Assembly: GCF_018977255.1 (NCBI RefSeq)
Contig: NW_024705315.1
Coordinates: 1-54,784 of the forward strand
Length of the DNA stretch: 54,784 nt
DNA from: Callorhinchus milii
Taxonomy: Eukaryota
Direction: 5' to 3'
Shown here in pieces: positions 38,101-47,209 of the stretch. The position numbers and the translations under genes are program-made. How positions within the stretch are numbered: the first letter of the stretch is position 1; the number at the start of each line of letters is the position of its first letter. The notes under the pieces were generated by a model. It did no database searches. It saw only the letters and a program-made list of their open reading frames with translations, and was not told the DNA's origin.

Positions 38101-38371
38101 GGACCGAGCCAGCGGCGTGGTCCCGTGAACCAGAGTCAGCACTCTGGGACTCCGGGTACCGTAGCCCGACTCGCCAGTGTCGGGCCAGACAGCCTCCCCT
38201 AGCCCGTTAGTGGAGGACTCGGGGGTAGGTCAGGGATAGCTAGGGGTGTATCCCCAGTTATACGGGTGAGGGGGCCGATACCCCCTCGAGTGTTATATGC
38301 CCACTGTTGTACTGTAAAATAAATACACGTGTGCCTCAACCTCGGTGTCAAGCGTCCTCACCGGTACTTCA
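35129..38371 (+). mobile_element. Ty3/Gypsy LTR retrotransposon, internally deleted (RT end, RNase H, integrase retained)
   Basis: 3' LTR 37819-38371 (TGTAG...CTTCA, TATAAAA, AATAAA) follows a G-rich PPT. Only ~55 bp of the 5' LTR remain at 35129, fused to FIGFASYYRRF. 4-bp TSD CCTG is at 35125-35128 and 38372-38375. Confidence 0.93.
35185..37236 (+). CDS. pol: Gypsy pol remnant: RT thumb/connection, RNase H, integrase
   Basis: DTDAS, RRELLA, TDHAAL and NADALSR (RNase H); H..HLG...CPRC zinc domain; LDILGP, TDQG and YHPQTDGMVER (DDE); GPxxV at the GPY/F position. Confidence 0.9.
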   Translation, partial: SFIGFASYYRRFVANFATVAKPLHALTSKGVRFHWGRDEEAAFCSLRDALVKAPPLIYPDFSRPFLLDTDASNTGIGGVLSQVVDGVERVVAYGSRVLSPAEQRYCVTRRELLAIVYFIQQYRPYLYGQHFTVRTDHAALQYALKVQQPSGQLSRWLEVLQDFDFETTYRKGVRHTNADALSRMPTASECACLLGSGRCRPAGDMPVPVLAAAADDETLLPDDIAEQGRDSLLGLPVNEWGRLQMEDTSLLALRRRAGERGRGTGDADAWEMHAGLLMHWDGKSHRHRLVVPSGLRGKVVWAAHERLLHLGTQKTLALLQLDFFWPGMTRDVTDLLAACPRCAQRKPPARESNPPLQSITVSRVNELVALDILGPFPATPRGNRYLLTGVEYFTRWPMAWPLANQSAAAIVDAFVQGYVMDKGAPERLLTDQGKKFSGKLLKQVCDLLGTKKIRTSPYHPQTDGMVERLHRTITSMLSHQVSESQTNWDLQIQGVLAAYRLAPHAATGFSPFFLMYGREHDPPVRAQLQIPAPLGKTKLDEHVKFNLEKLTEARDAAMLNSDRRQKANERLRLARAHVLQWKPGDRAWLHCPQVPLATSSKLVRPWRGPVEVVEVLRPQCVRIKWGKRRWFVHPSRLKPFVAVRGPTPHTQGQTCGGRPTRRVRLCCSRLTSCRLFRPQVHQE

Positions 38372-38372
38372 C

Positions 38373-38406
38373 CTGCACTGGCGTCATACGACAATTCGGA
38401 TCCCAT
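38373..38406 (-). CDS. Kinase exon segment (RWDPNCRMTPVQ), upstream half of the exon interrupted by Gypsy
   Basis: Acceptor tttctcaacag|A is phase 2, matching the previous exon. Contains the subdomain XI arginine motif. Confidence 0.88.
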
Positions 38407-38739
38407 CTGTTGAGAAATGCACGGGGGACACACGTGGCCACGTGGTGAGAGAGGCATGGTGAGAGCTTTGATGTTCCTTCCCTTCTCCCACGAGGTCCAG
38501 GAACGCACAGCAGCAGCGGAAGCCACAGTAGCAGTGGCAGTCCTCTGATGCCCAGCAGCGGCTTGGACAGACCTCCCACTCCTCCACAGAGGGCTAACTC
38601 CACAGAGGGCCAGTGGTACCGCTTATTGGCAGGTCCACTCAGCTCCACATCTTCCTGGTGATCGGTGGAGAGTGGTCGCCAATCAATTGGAGGGGGGAAT
38701 CCTCGTGGGGAGGGGGTGGGAGTGGTGGGTGGTTCTTAC

Positions 38740-38857
38740 CGCAAACAGGAGCTGATGAATTCGACAAACTCCGGGTCATCGCTTTTGAGCACCCTGTGAA
38801 GTGGGAAGCTCCTCGGAACCTTTTTCTTGCCTGGGCAGAACATCTTCCCCCGATGGT
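38740..38857 (-). CDS. Kinase exon (DHRGKMFCPGKKKVPRSFPLHRVLKSDDPEFVEFISSCLR)
   Basis: cctgcag| ... |gtaag, phases 1 and 2. Encodes a CMGC-insert-like segment and the DYRK-like F.dF...CL motif. Confidence 0.85.
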
Positions 38858-38879
38858 CTGCAGGAGCCATGCACAGCGG

Positions 38880-39190
38880 AAGAGACGAAGTCACCAACCA
38901 CCACATCGCCCATCTACCCACTTACTGACCGATTCATCAACCCACTCATCCACCTACCCACCCATACACTCTTCCACCTACCCAATCGCTCACTCACCTA
39001 TCCACCTACCCACTCATCTACCCACCCACTCATCTACCCACCCTCTCACTGACCCGCTCACCCACCCTCTCACTGACCCGCTCACCCACCCACTCACCCA
39101 TTCGCCCAATTACCCACCAACCTACTCGCCTACTCACCCACATACCCATCCACTTGCCCACACACCCATTTACCCACCCACATACCCAAG
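38880..39190. repeat. (CCCA/CTCA)-rich low-complexity intronic tract
   Basis: acccactcacc-type words. Confidence 0.65.
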
Positions 39191-39295
39191 TAATGTAAAA
39201 TACAAAGACGCCCCCTCCAAAACAAAATAACAACAGCCTGAGGCCACTCCCTAAAACTGAATCCGGTCTGTCATTCACCCCACGCGTCAACTCAC

Positions 39296-39356
39296 CAAAG
39301 AACTGCGTTCTGTCGGGTGCTCCATTCACCATGTACCTTGGAGGCATCCCCAGAAT
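39296..39356 (-). CDS. Kinase exon (ILGMPPRYMVNGAPDRTQFF)
   Basis: tgtgcag| ... |gtgagt, phases 0 and 1. LGMPP...FFD is typical of DYRK-family subdomain X. Confidence 0.85.
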
Positions 39357-39687
39357 CTGCACATGGTTGACATGAAGACAAAGGTCACCCGTATGGCTTC
39401 GGCACACTGTCGGGACAAGTGCTGTTAGATCGAGTAGCAAAATTAGCAGCGTTTGTTGAGGGCCAGCACTGTGGCACACAGAGACAGGAGTGGCGGCTGA
39501 TTTCAGCCGCATCATCTCTACATAACAAAAAGGCTCAGTCCCTTTTACACGCACCTTTACATCATCCGCACCTAGTTTACACAACAAAGGCTCATTCCTA
39601 ACAGCGTGCTTCAGCCGCACTGAACCTCACAAAAATAATATTCAGGGCCTACCTTGGCTCCTCCCACCCTCAACCAGTATATATATA

Positions 39688-42600
39688 TGTAGTGGTGGTA
39701 TTGACGTGCGCCGACAGTGATGGATCACGGGGCGCGGGGTTGGGCACGCGATGTGGGCGTGGTATGGACGCGCGCGCCGGTGGTAAGGCGCGCTGACACA
39801 AGCTGGGAAAAGAGGATCGTAGCGAGTGCGCAGTGATTGGTCAGATAAGATGGGTGCTCTCAGCGACGTCCACAGGAGGGGTATAAAGGGGGACGCGCGA
39901 GAGCACTCGTGGTCAGTGTTAACCAGTTGAAGACCGAAGACGGGGTGGAGGAGGTAGTGGCCCGAGACCCCTAGTCCCGCCGTCCTTGTGAGGACCGGGG
40001 CCCTGTGTGGCTCGGAGCCGAGACTGGGGGACCCGTAGTCCGACGCCCGTGTGGGTCGGGACGGTGGTACCCAGAGCCGAGACAGGCACCCCCGGCTGGG
40101 TGTGTCCCGGAAGGCTACAGGGCGTAAGAGCCCGTGTCAGTATAGCTGAGTGGGTGTTTGTCACCCGTGTAGCTGAGTGGGTGTTAGTCATCCGTGTAAA
40201 TACAAGTTGGTGAAAATAAAGAGTGTGCTACCCGTGAAGTCGTCTCCTGCCGAGTTACTACTTTACAACTGGCGTCAGAAGTAAACCTGTCTTCAAGGAG
40301 AATGGACACAAGGAAGACTTCTCGTTCCCACGTGCAAGACCGGGGAGACGACGGCGTACCGGAGACACCACCCTCGGGAGGAGAGGACGAGGAGTTTCCG
40401 CCGATGCAGCACTTCGCAGAAATGGCCGATGCTCCGCTTGCCTCCGACACCAGCCTGCAGGACGCACACTCCCGCCTGGCGGAGTTGCTGCTCGCCGCCG
40501 CTGCGATCTTGGCGGAGATCTCCGTTCCAGCGGGCGGTGGAACGCCTGCGGGGTTGGAGGAGGCGGCGCGGCTGGAGGGTTCCCGCCATAAGGCGTTTCG
40601 CGCCAAAAGTTTTGGAGTTGGCGCCATTTTTGAGGGCCCGCCACCGGTTGGCGGGAAACGCGGACACCACGTGGCCAGAGATCTCCACACAGCGCAGCCC
40701 GCGTCGTCGGCGAGCGCCGGAGCTCTCCATTTTGCGCCTGCAGACGGAGCCGCCATTTTCTACAACCACAGCGGCGCGCGGGAAAATCGTTCCAACGACG
40801 ACGACGATGATCGAGTTCTCCAGCAACGATTGCCCGCGCTGTCGGTGTTCAAGGCGGACGGGGGCGACTGGGGAGCCTTCCAGCGACGGTTCATCGCGCA
40901 TCAAGAAATGTTGGGTGGTCCGACACCACTGCCCTGCGCGCGCTGCCAGCGATGCTCGACGACGACGCGCTTGCGGCCTTCACGTCTGCCCCGAGGTCGT
41001 CCCGCTCAACGCTCCAGGCCGCGCTGCACCTGATGGCCAAGGTGTTCGGGCCGCCCTCGACCTGTCGCCACCAGTTCTACGATCGGCGGAAGGTGGTTGG
41101 AGAAACAACGCTCGCCTATCGCACGGCGCTGCTCGCCCTGGCGGACTCAGCTTTTCCCCGCATGGACAAGGAGGGGAAGGACGCCATGGTGACGGAGCAG
41201 CTGCTGGCGCTGGCTCACGGATTGGGAGTTCCCATTAATACGGCGGACGAAATGGACATCTGCTCCCTGGGGATTGCCACGAGTATTCACGCTTACGAGG
41301 TCCTAAAGCGGAAACCGACGGTCGTCTGCGCATCGGTGGAGAACGGGGCACCGGCCGCCACGATCATCGGACCTCAGCCTGCTGTGCCTCGGGAGGAGGC
41401 CTTCGCTGGTTCAAGGCCGGGGGAGTGGAGAACGGGAGGTCGTTCGCCCACACGTTCCTCCCGCAAGCTGGAGCAACCGAAACCTACGACGTCCCTCGTC
41501 GTCTGCTACAACTGCGGCCTTCGGGGCCACGTCGCGTCCGGGTGCCGGGCCCCGCGTCAACGCACCGTGGGACCACGTCCGGACGACGACCAGGGCCTCA
41601 AGACATCCCAGCTGAACCCGGTGTCTCAGACCTGACGGCTGTTGACCGTCGGGAACCGGAACCCCGCGGCTCGCGCGGAGCCCCGATGCCTGGCCCATGC
41701 CTTCCTGAACTGCCGGCGCCACCCGATGGCCAACTGCGTCTGGTGCCGTACGACGGACCGGCAAGGCGGACTCGGGCAAGGACGCAACACTTTTCATGAA
41801 TTTTTTTTTTTTTTTGGGTTAAAACCCGACCTCGCCGCAGGATTTCCCCTCTGCCGGGGTAATGTCCCGTTCAAGGGACGCTCGGACAGATTGAGACGCT
41901 GCACGTGTCGGAGAGAAAAGAAGAGAAAATGAATAAAGAAATTTTTTTTATTGTTACTCTTTCCGCATACACATTGTCGTTGCCACTCGCCGGATTGTGC
42001 ATATTGTTCTTGTTGTGGGTGTGGCGGTTGCTGGGTTTTGCGGATTGCGGTGTTCATGTTGTGTTGTTAGGGTTTTGTTGTTATGTTACGGGGCACACAT
42101 GGGGGTGAAGGGGTGTTGTATATTTTATTAGCAGCCGGGTCGGCTGCGAGCTATGTGGTAGGGGGTGATGTAGTGGTGGTATTGACGTGCGCCGACAGTG
42201 ATGGATCACGGGGCGCGGGTTGGGCACGCGATGTGGGCGTGGTATGGACGCGCGCGCCGGTGGTAAGGCGCGCTGACACAAGCTGGGAAAAGAGGATCGT
42301 AGCGAGTGCGCAGTGATTGGTCAGATAAGATGGGTGCTCTCAGCGACGTCCGCAGGAGGGTATAAAGGGGGACGCGCGAGAGCACTCGTGGTCAGTGTTA
42401 ACCAGTTGAAGACCGAAGACGGGGTGGAGGAGGTAGTGGCCCGAGACCCCTAGTCCCGCCGTCCTTGTGAGGACCGGGGCCCTGTGTGGCTCGGAGCCGA
42501 GACTGGGGGACCCGTAGTCCGACGCCCGTGTGGGTCGGGACGGTGGTACCCAGAGCCGAGACGGGCACCCCCGGCTGGGTGTGTCCCGGAAGGCTACAGG

Positions 42601-42827
42601 GCGTAAGAGCCCGTGTCAGTATAGCTGAGTGGGTGTTTGTCACCCGTGTAGCTGAGTGGGTGTTAGTCACCCGTGTAGCTGAGTGGGTGTGAGTCACCCG
42701 AGTAGCTAAGTGGGTGTTAGTCACCCGTGTAACGAAGTGGGTGTTAGTCATCCGTGTAAATACAAGTTGGTGAAAATAAAGAGTGTGCTACCCGTGAAGT
42801 CGTCTCCTGCCGAGTTACTACTTTACA
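39688..42827 (+). mobile_element. Non-autonomous Ty3/Gypsy LTR retrotransposon (gag only), two near-identical LTRs
   Basis: LTRs 39688-40267 and 42169-42827 (TGTAGT...TTTACA); TSD TATA; PBS TGGCGTCAGAAGT (tRNA-Leu-like) at 40270; G-rich PPT. No pol sequence. Confidence 0.95.
40302..41635 (+). CDS. gag: Gag-like protein with CCHC zinc knuckle (frameshifted near ~40915)
   Basis: ORFs 40302-41033 and 40952-41635 encode DWGAFQRRF, FYDRRKVVGETTLAY and CYNCGLRGHVASGC. Confidence 0.8.
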
Positions 42828-42889
42828 TATACAAGGACTGTTTCTAGGAATTTCTCTCACTTGATACAGCTATCGTGCTGTGAATGTTC

Positions 42890-42930
42890 CACCTGAAGAC
42901 GGAGGCTTGTGTTGCCTCCGAAACTTCGTA
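42890..42930 (+). ncRNA. Minimal hammerhead ribozyme variant (Penelope tail fragment 42890-43040)
   Basis: ac-CUGAAGA-c-ggaggc-uuguguu-gccucc-GAAA-cUUC-gu, with a perfect 6-bp stem II. The stem III palindrome is mutated (ACUU). The conserved tail follows at 42980-43040. Confidence 0.72.
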
Positions 42931-43361
42931 ATTTTTATTTTATTATTTTACTTTTATTAATTTTTTCATTTTTTACCTTTGTGACTTTACCGAAAAAACC
43001 TAAGAATATGAATCCTTGCAGTCACGAAAGCTTCAAATCTAGAATTGACCCAGATACTTTACACACTCCACCAGGTACTCAGTTGAGGCTGTCTCGAACT
43101 AGAGGAGGCCCAGGACCAGTTCAGACAATCGTCACTGGTGTTGCCCATGAGCTGGAATCAACCTCAGTTTATAGCACAGCAGGCTGACCGCTACACTACC
43201 GCTCCCCCACACAAACAAGACACACACGTGTACACGCAACATACGACGGCCGTTATTCACAGATCACCAATTGGCCACCCCCCCTCCTGCCACCCCCATA
43301 GCCCACGACTCCAAGGAGAGAGAGGGGGATCACGAGCGGACAGACGCCGTGTGGGAAATAC

Positions 43362-43534
43362 CTCTATGCAGCGCGGGAGGTGATCTTCGTGGCTGTTGGA
43401 CCGGAATAATTCCCTGCCCGTCGCCAACTCCGCCACCGTGCAGCCCAGCGCCCACATATCCACTCCACATGTCAAGCTATAGCCCAGCAACAGCTCCGGA
43501 GCCAAGTATTCTAGGGTCCCACCAACATTCATAG
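43362..43534 (-). CDS. Kinase exon, subdomains VIII-IX (GTLEYLAPELLLG...VDMWALGC..AELATG)
   Basis: ttttgtacag| ... GAG|gtattt, phases 1 and 0. Contains the APE and DMW.LGC motifs. Confidence 0.92.
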
Positions 43535-43774
43535 CTGTACAAAAATCACAAGGACAACAAACATATGTGCGTGTGTACACACTGTGTCTTAAACAGCATC
43601 ATCGTCATGCACATAAACAGTCACATGTACAGACACTCAGATACTCACACACAGACACACTCAGACAGACACTGACATATAGACACTCACACGGACGCAG
43701 AGAGACCCATGCATAAAGACAGCCATACAGACACCCACACGCAGACACTCACACACCCAGGTGAGGTTACTCAC

Positions 43775-43856
43775 GTTGACTTTCCACGAAAAAGCTCGTG
43801 CCAAAGTCCGTGATCCTCATGGTGCCAGTCACGGTGTCTTTGACGAGAACATTTTC
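43775..43856 (-). CDS. Kinase exon, subdomains VIb-VII (ENVLVKDTVTGTMRITDFGTSFFVESQ)
   Basis: cctccag| ... |gtgagt, phases 0 and 1. Completes HADIKP|EN and contains DFG. Confidence 0.92.
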
Positions 43857-44060
43857 CTGGAGGAGGGGTAGAATGAATTCAAACTCAGAGGTTATGCCGA
43901 TATCATTCAGCCAGCAGTGGATCAATCACATACCACGACACACGCTAAACAGGGGAACTAGATGAGGCATAGCCCTGTCGACAAGCGTCAGTCAAGTGCA
44001 ATATTCGCTGTTTTCTGACAGCTGTCACTGGGGGGTGCCCCTTTCAAATGTGTCAAAATT

Positions 44061-44318
44061 AAATTTTTATTTAAAGCTTTCGTGACTGCAGGGATTCATC
44101 TTCTTGGTTCTTTCGGTAAAGTCACGTAGAAGGGAAATAATAAAAATAAAACATAATAAAACAATTCTCACGACGTTTCGGCCACAACGCAAGCAGCCGT
44201 CCTCAGGTGACCTGAGAATTGTTTTATAATGTTTTTATAATGTTTTATTTTTATTATTTTTATTATTTTATTATTACTTCCCTTCTACGTGACTTTACCG
44301 AAAGAACCAAGAAGATGC
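44061..44318. mobile_element. Fold-back Penelope tail insertion with a hammerhead in the loop
   Basis: Inverted arms (catcttcttggttctttcggtaaagtcacgtagaaggg...acaattctca / tgagaattgt...cccttctacgtgactttaccgaaagaaccaagaagatg). 9-bp TSD GTCAAAATT at 44052-44060 and 44319-44327. Confidence 0.85.
44168..44210 (-). ncRNA. Minimal type I hammerhead ribozyme
   Basis: ucac-CUGAGGA-c-ggcugc-uugcguu-guggcc-GAAA-cGUC-guga; all stems pair, some by G-U wobble. Confidence 0.85.
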
Positions 44319-45213
44319 GTCAAAATTGTAGATGTGAGTAGAGGCGTGTCACGTTCAAAGCACTCTCAGGCACCATCAAAGTGAAGGGGGGTGGCTCTAT
44401 TGACAACCGATTGCCGTTGCTCCAACAGGAGAGCTGCATGGAGCTCACAGCTGGATGAGTGCCCGTTAACGAGTTAGAGACAAAAAGCCACACACAAGAG
44501 AGTGCACAGATTCCGTGAAGCTTTCTACTGCACCTTTGTCTTTGGACGTTTTCAATTTGCAGATTGGAATTCGATAACGAGCAGTTGTCAGGCCAAAATG
44601 CACATTTCGCACGTTTTGAAAATTGTTCTTTTTAAATCCTTTATATTAAGTTCACTTGCTTGCTTTCTTGCGCGCTTGCGACCGTGCAAATCTTTCGGTC
44701 GTTTTTTTAACCCACTTCCCGTGATCCAATCGAGCTGAAAATTTTGCACACAGACTCGTTGTGCGTGACAATTTATTTTCGTGAAAAATGTTTTTCCTAA
44801 ATTTTACACTTTTTAGGAAAAAAAAATGTCATATTTAATTTAAAATATCAATGTGATAAAAATGAACTCTTACTCAAGAAAACCAGAAATGAATAATAAA
44901 ATAAAACCGATGCCACGCATATAAAGGATTTATAGTGAAAAACTTTGTTTTTACGGGTTAATTTTTTTACTCCATTTCATGTCTCCCAGGGTTTGGGGCA
45001 ACGCTGATCAACGTTGCCGGTTTTCTCTCTGGTGAGTCCCCAAGAGTGACACGATTCTACACGATAGTTTAATTCATACCAGATCACATTCACCAGAGGT
45101 AGCATGACCCTGCCTCCTTCCAGTGAGATGGGCAGAGCTAACGTATCGACCCTGTGATCAACACGGCCGGTTTTCTCTGTGGAACGAGTCCTCAATAAAG
45201 ATACACCTCTGCA

Positions 45214-45609
45214 ATCTTAATTTGTAGCTTTCGTGACTGCAGGAATTACTCTTTGGTTCTTTCGGTAAAGTCACGTACAAAGCTTGCGTACTTTGTCACC
45301 CGTCGTCCTACTCATTGACATGCTAATTTTTTCTCTAACCCCTCCCTCTCTCCGCCCCCACCCCCCTCTCTCTATTTAAGGCCTCGTCACAGAAACGTTC
45401 TCTGGTGTGCCGATGTGTGTTCTCTCTCTCTATGTATCTTTGCGATGTCTGTCTGCTTATATGTCTGTCTATAGTTTGCTGGTTAGATTTTTGTTGCTAT
45501 TTCTTTTATACCTGATGACGATTGCTTGTGTTGAATCGAAACGTCGTATGCTATTATTTTATTTCTTATTTTATCTTTATACGTGACTTTACCGAAAGAA
45601 CCAAAGAGT
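45214..45609 (+). mobile_element. Short Penelope pLTR insertion with an inverted tail
   Basis: Tail in minus orientation at 45220-45277, and pLTR with hammerhead in plus orientation to 45609. 14-bp TSD GATACACCTCTGCA at 45200-45213 and 45610-45623. Confidence 0.85.
45508..45549 (+). ncRNA. Minimal type I hammerhead ribozyme
   Basis: auac-CUGAUGA-c-gauugc-uuguguu-gaauc-GAAA-cGUC-guau. Confidence 0.82.
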
Positions 45610-45656
45610 GATACACCTCTGCACCAAAGTGAAAGCTGAACGCTGTGTCCACTCAC

Positions 45657-45795
45657 AGGCTTGATGTCCGCGTGGACGATTTCCCTGGAATGTATGTGGC
45701 GCAAGAACTTGAGGATGCCCCTGGTGTAGGTTTTCACCATCGCCATGTCCAACCGCCGGAGCCCCGCATTCCTAATCACTTCATGAAGGCTCTCC
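45657..45795 (-). CDS. Kinase exon, subdomains V-VIb (ESLHEVIRN...GILKFLRHIHSREIVHADIKP); DYRK/HIPK-like CMGC kinase
   Basis: tctcacag| ... CCT|gtgagt; catalytic loop HADIKP(EN). Confidence 0.92.
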
Positions 45796-46267
45796 CTGTG
45801 AGAGAGGCAGAAGCAGCAACAAAAACACGGCATCAGTACCATCCCCTACAATGCTGCACTGATTCTGATAACGATAATCACGTTCATATTGTACGTTCAC
45901 GTGCACGTTTATGACCAATATTAAGAGTTATAGTTCCGTGTGGGTTAAGGTCGTCAATTTGCCCATAAACCAAATCAGTTGGCATATCTGCCCACTTGAC
46001 AACTTGATTTCATTGGCTTTGTTGCCGGGTAGTGGAGGGTTATCCATTGGGAGAAGATAAAAACTCAACACAGGGATTTTCGCCGAGAGGCACAAGCATC
46101 ACCACTGCCATGCAGCCACCCTGCTGATTGAGTGGAGGCGTGGGTTGGTGAAAGTGGCAGGGCTAATGGAGGAAAGACAAGTGGCCTCCAATGCACCCGT
46201 GGCACATGGCAGCTCCACAGGATTACAATGCATGGGTGGTGGCGTGGGCATCTCAACATTAACAGCT

Positions 46268-46440
46268 TACTCTTTGGTTCTTTCAGTAAAGTCACGTATA
46301 AAGATAAAATAATAAATTTAATAATAGCATACTACGACGTTTCGATTGCAACACAAGCAATCATCATCAGGTATAAATGAAATGAAATAGCAACAAAAAT
46401 GTAACCAGAAAACTATAGACAGACATATAAGCAGACAGAT
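46268..46440 (-). mobile_element. Penelope pLTR fragment (inverted relative of 45440-45609)
   Basis: The reverse complement aligns with 45445-45608. Confidence 0.8.
46333..46374 (-). ncRNA. Minimal type I hammerhead ribozyme
   Basis: uac-CUGAUGA-u-gauugc-uuguguu-gcaauc-GAAA-cGUC-gua, with a perfect stem II. Confidence 0.85.
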
Positions 46441-46589
46441 ATCACCACTTACCCACTCACTCAGTCACTCAGGCACTCACCCACTCACTCAGCCACTCAC
46501 TCAGTCACTCACCCACTCAGCCACTCACCCACAGAGGGATAAAGACCCTTTATGCAGTGGTTGTGTAGTATCTGCGTCAATTTTTTTGT

Positions 46590-47005
46590 GTGGTTATGGT
46601 GGTGGTTATGGTGGTGGTTGTGATGATGATGGTGGTGGTTGTGGTTATGATCATGGCTTTAGTTTTGGTTTTATAGGTGGTTGTGGTGGAGATTACAGGT
46701 GGTTATGTTGGTTGTTATGGTAGTTGTGACTCTGGTTGTGGTGGTTTAGGTTGTGGTTATAATTGTGGTTGTGTAAGTTGTGGTTATACGTGTGTTTGTG
46801 GTTATATTTGTTATAATTGTGTAGGTTGTGGTTGTAGTGGTCATAGTTGTGATGTAGGTGGTTATGATGGTTGTTATGGTAGTTGTATTATTTTGAACTT
46901 CAATTGCACCCTACCCAGCCGACCGTGCTAATTGGAGGTGTGGTTATCGTTGTGGTTATTTTATGGTTGTTTTGGTTTTAGTTGTGGTGGTGATTGTGGT
47001 TGGTG
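46590..47005. repeat. GT-rich (TGGTTG/TGT) low-complexity tract
   Basis: Degenerate tggttgtggtta units. Confidence 0.7.
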
Positions 47006-47209
47006 CAGGTGCTGGGATGAAGGATGCGTTCCGTGTCCTCTGCCCATGCGGCTCCAACAACGATTGCTCCAGCCAGCACTGCCGCCCCTGTGGTCACATG
47101 ACCTTGCCTCCCAGCATACCTTGCAGTCGTCATTGATTCTGGGCCATCTTTACCTCCTGCATCTCTATAGGAGCTCTCGCTTCCTCCACACACTCTCCTC
47201 CTACCTCTG

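Noticed and set aside
35185..41635. gag-only and pol-only Gypsy elements as a complementary bipartite system
   Set aside because: They have different LTRs and separate TSDs, and protease and the RT catalytic core are missing from both.
46150..46260. HHPCIVILW...LVFPPL on the minus strand as a possible kinase subdomain IV-V exon
   Set aside because: Similarity is only vague and there is no suitable phase-2 GT donor, so it is not supportable.
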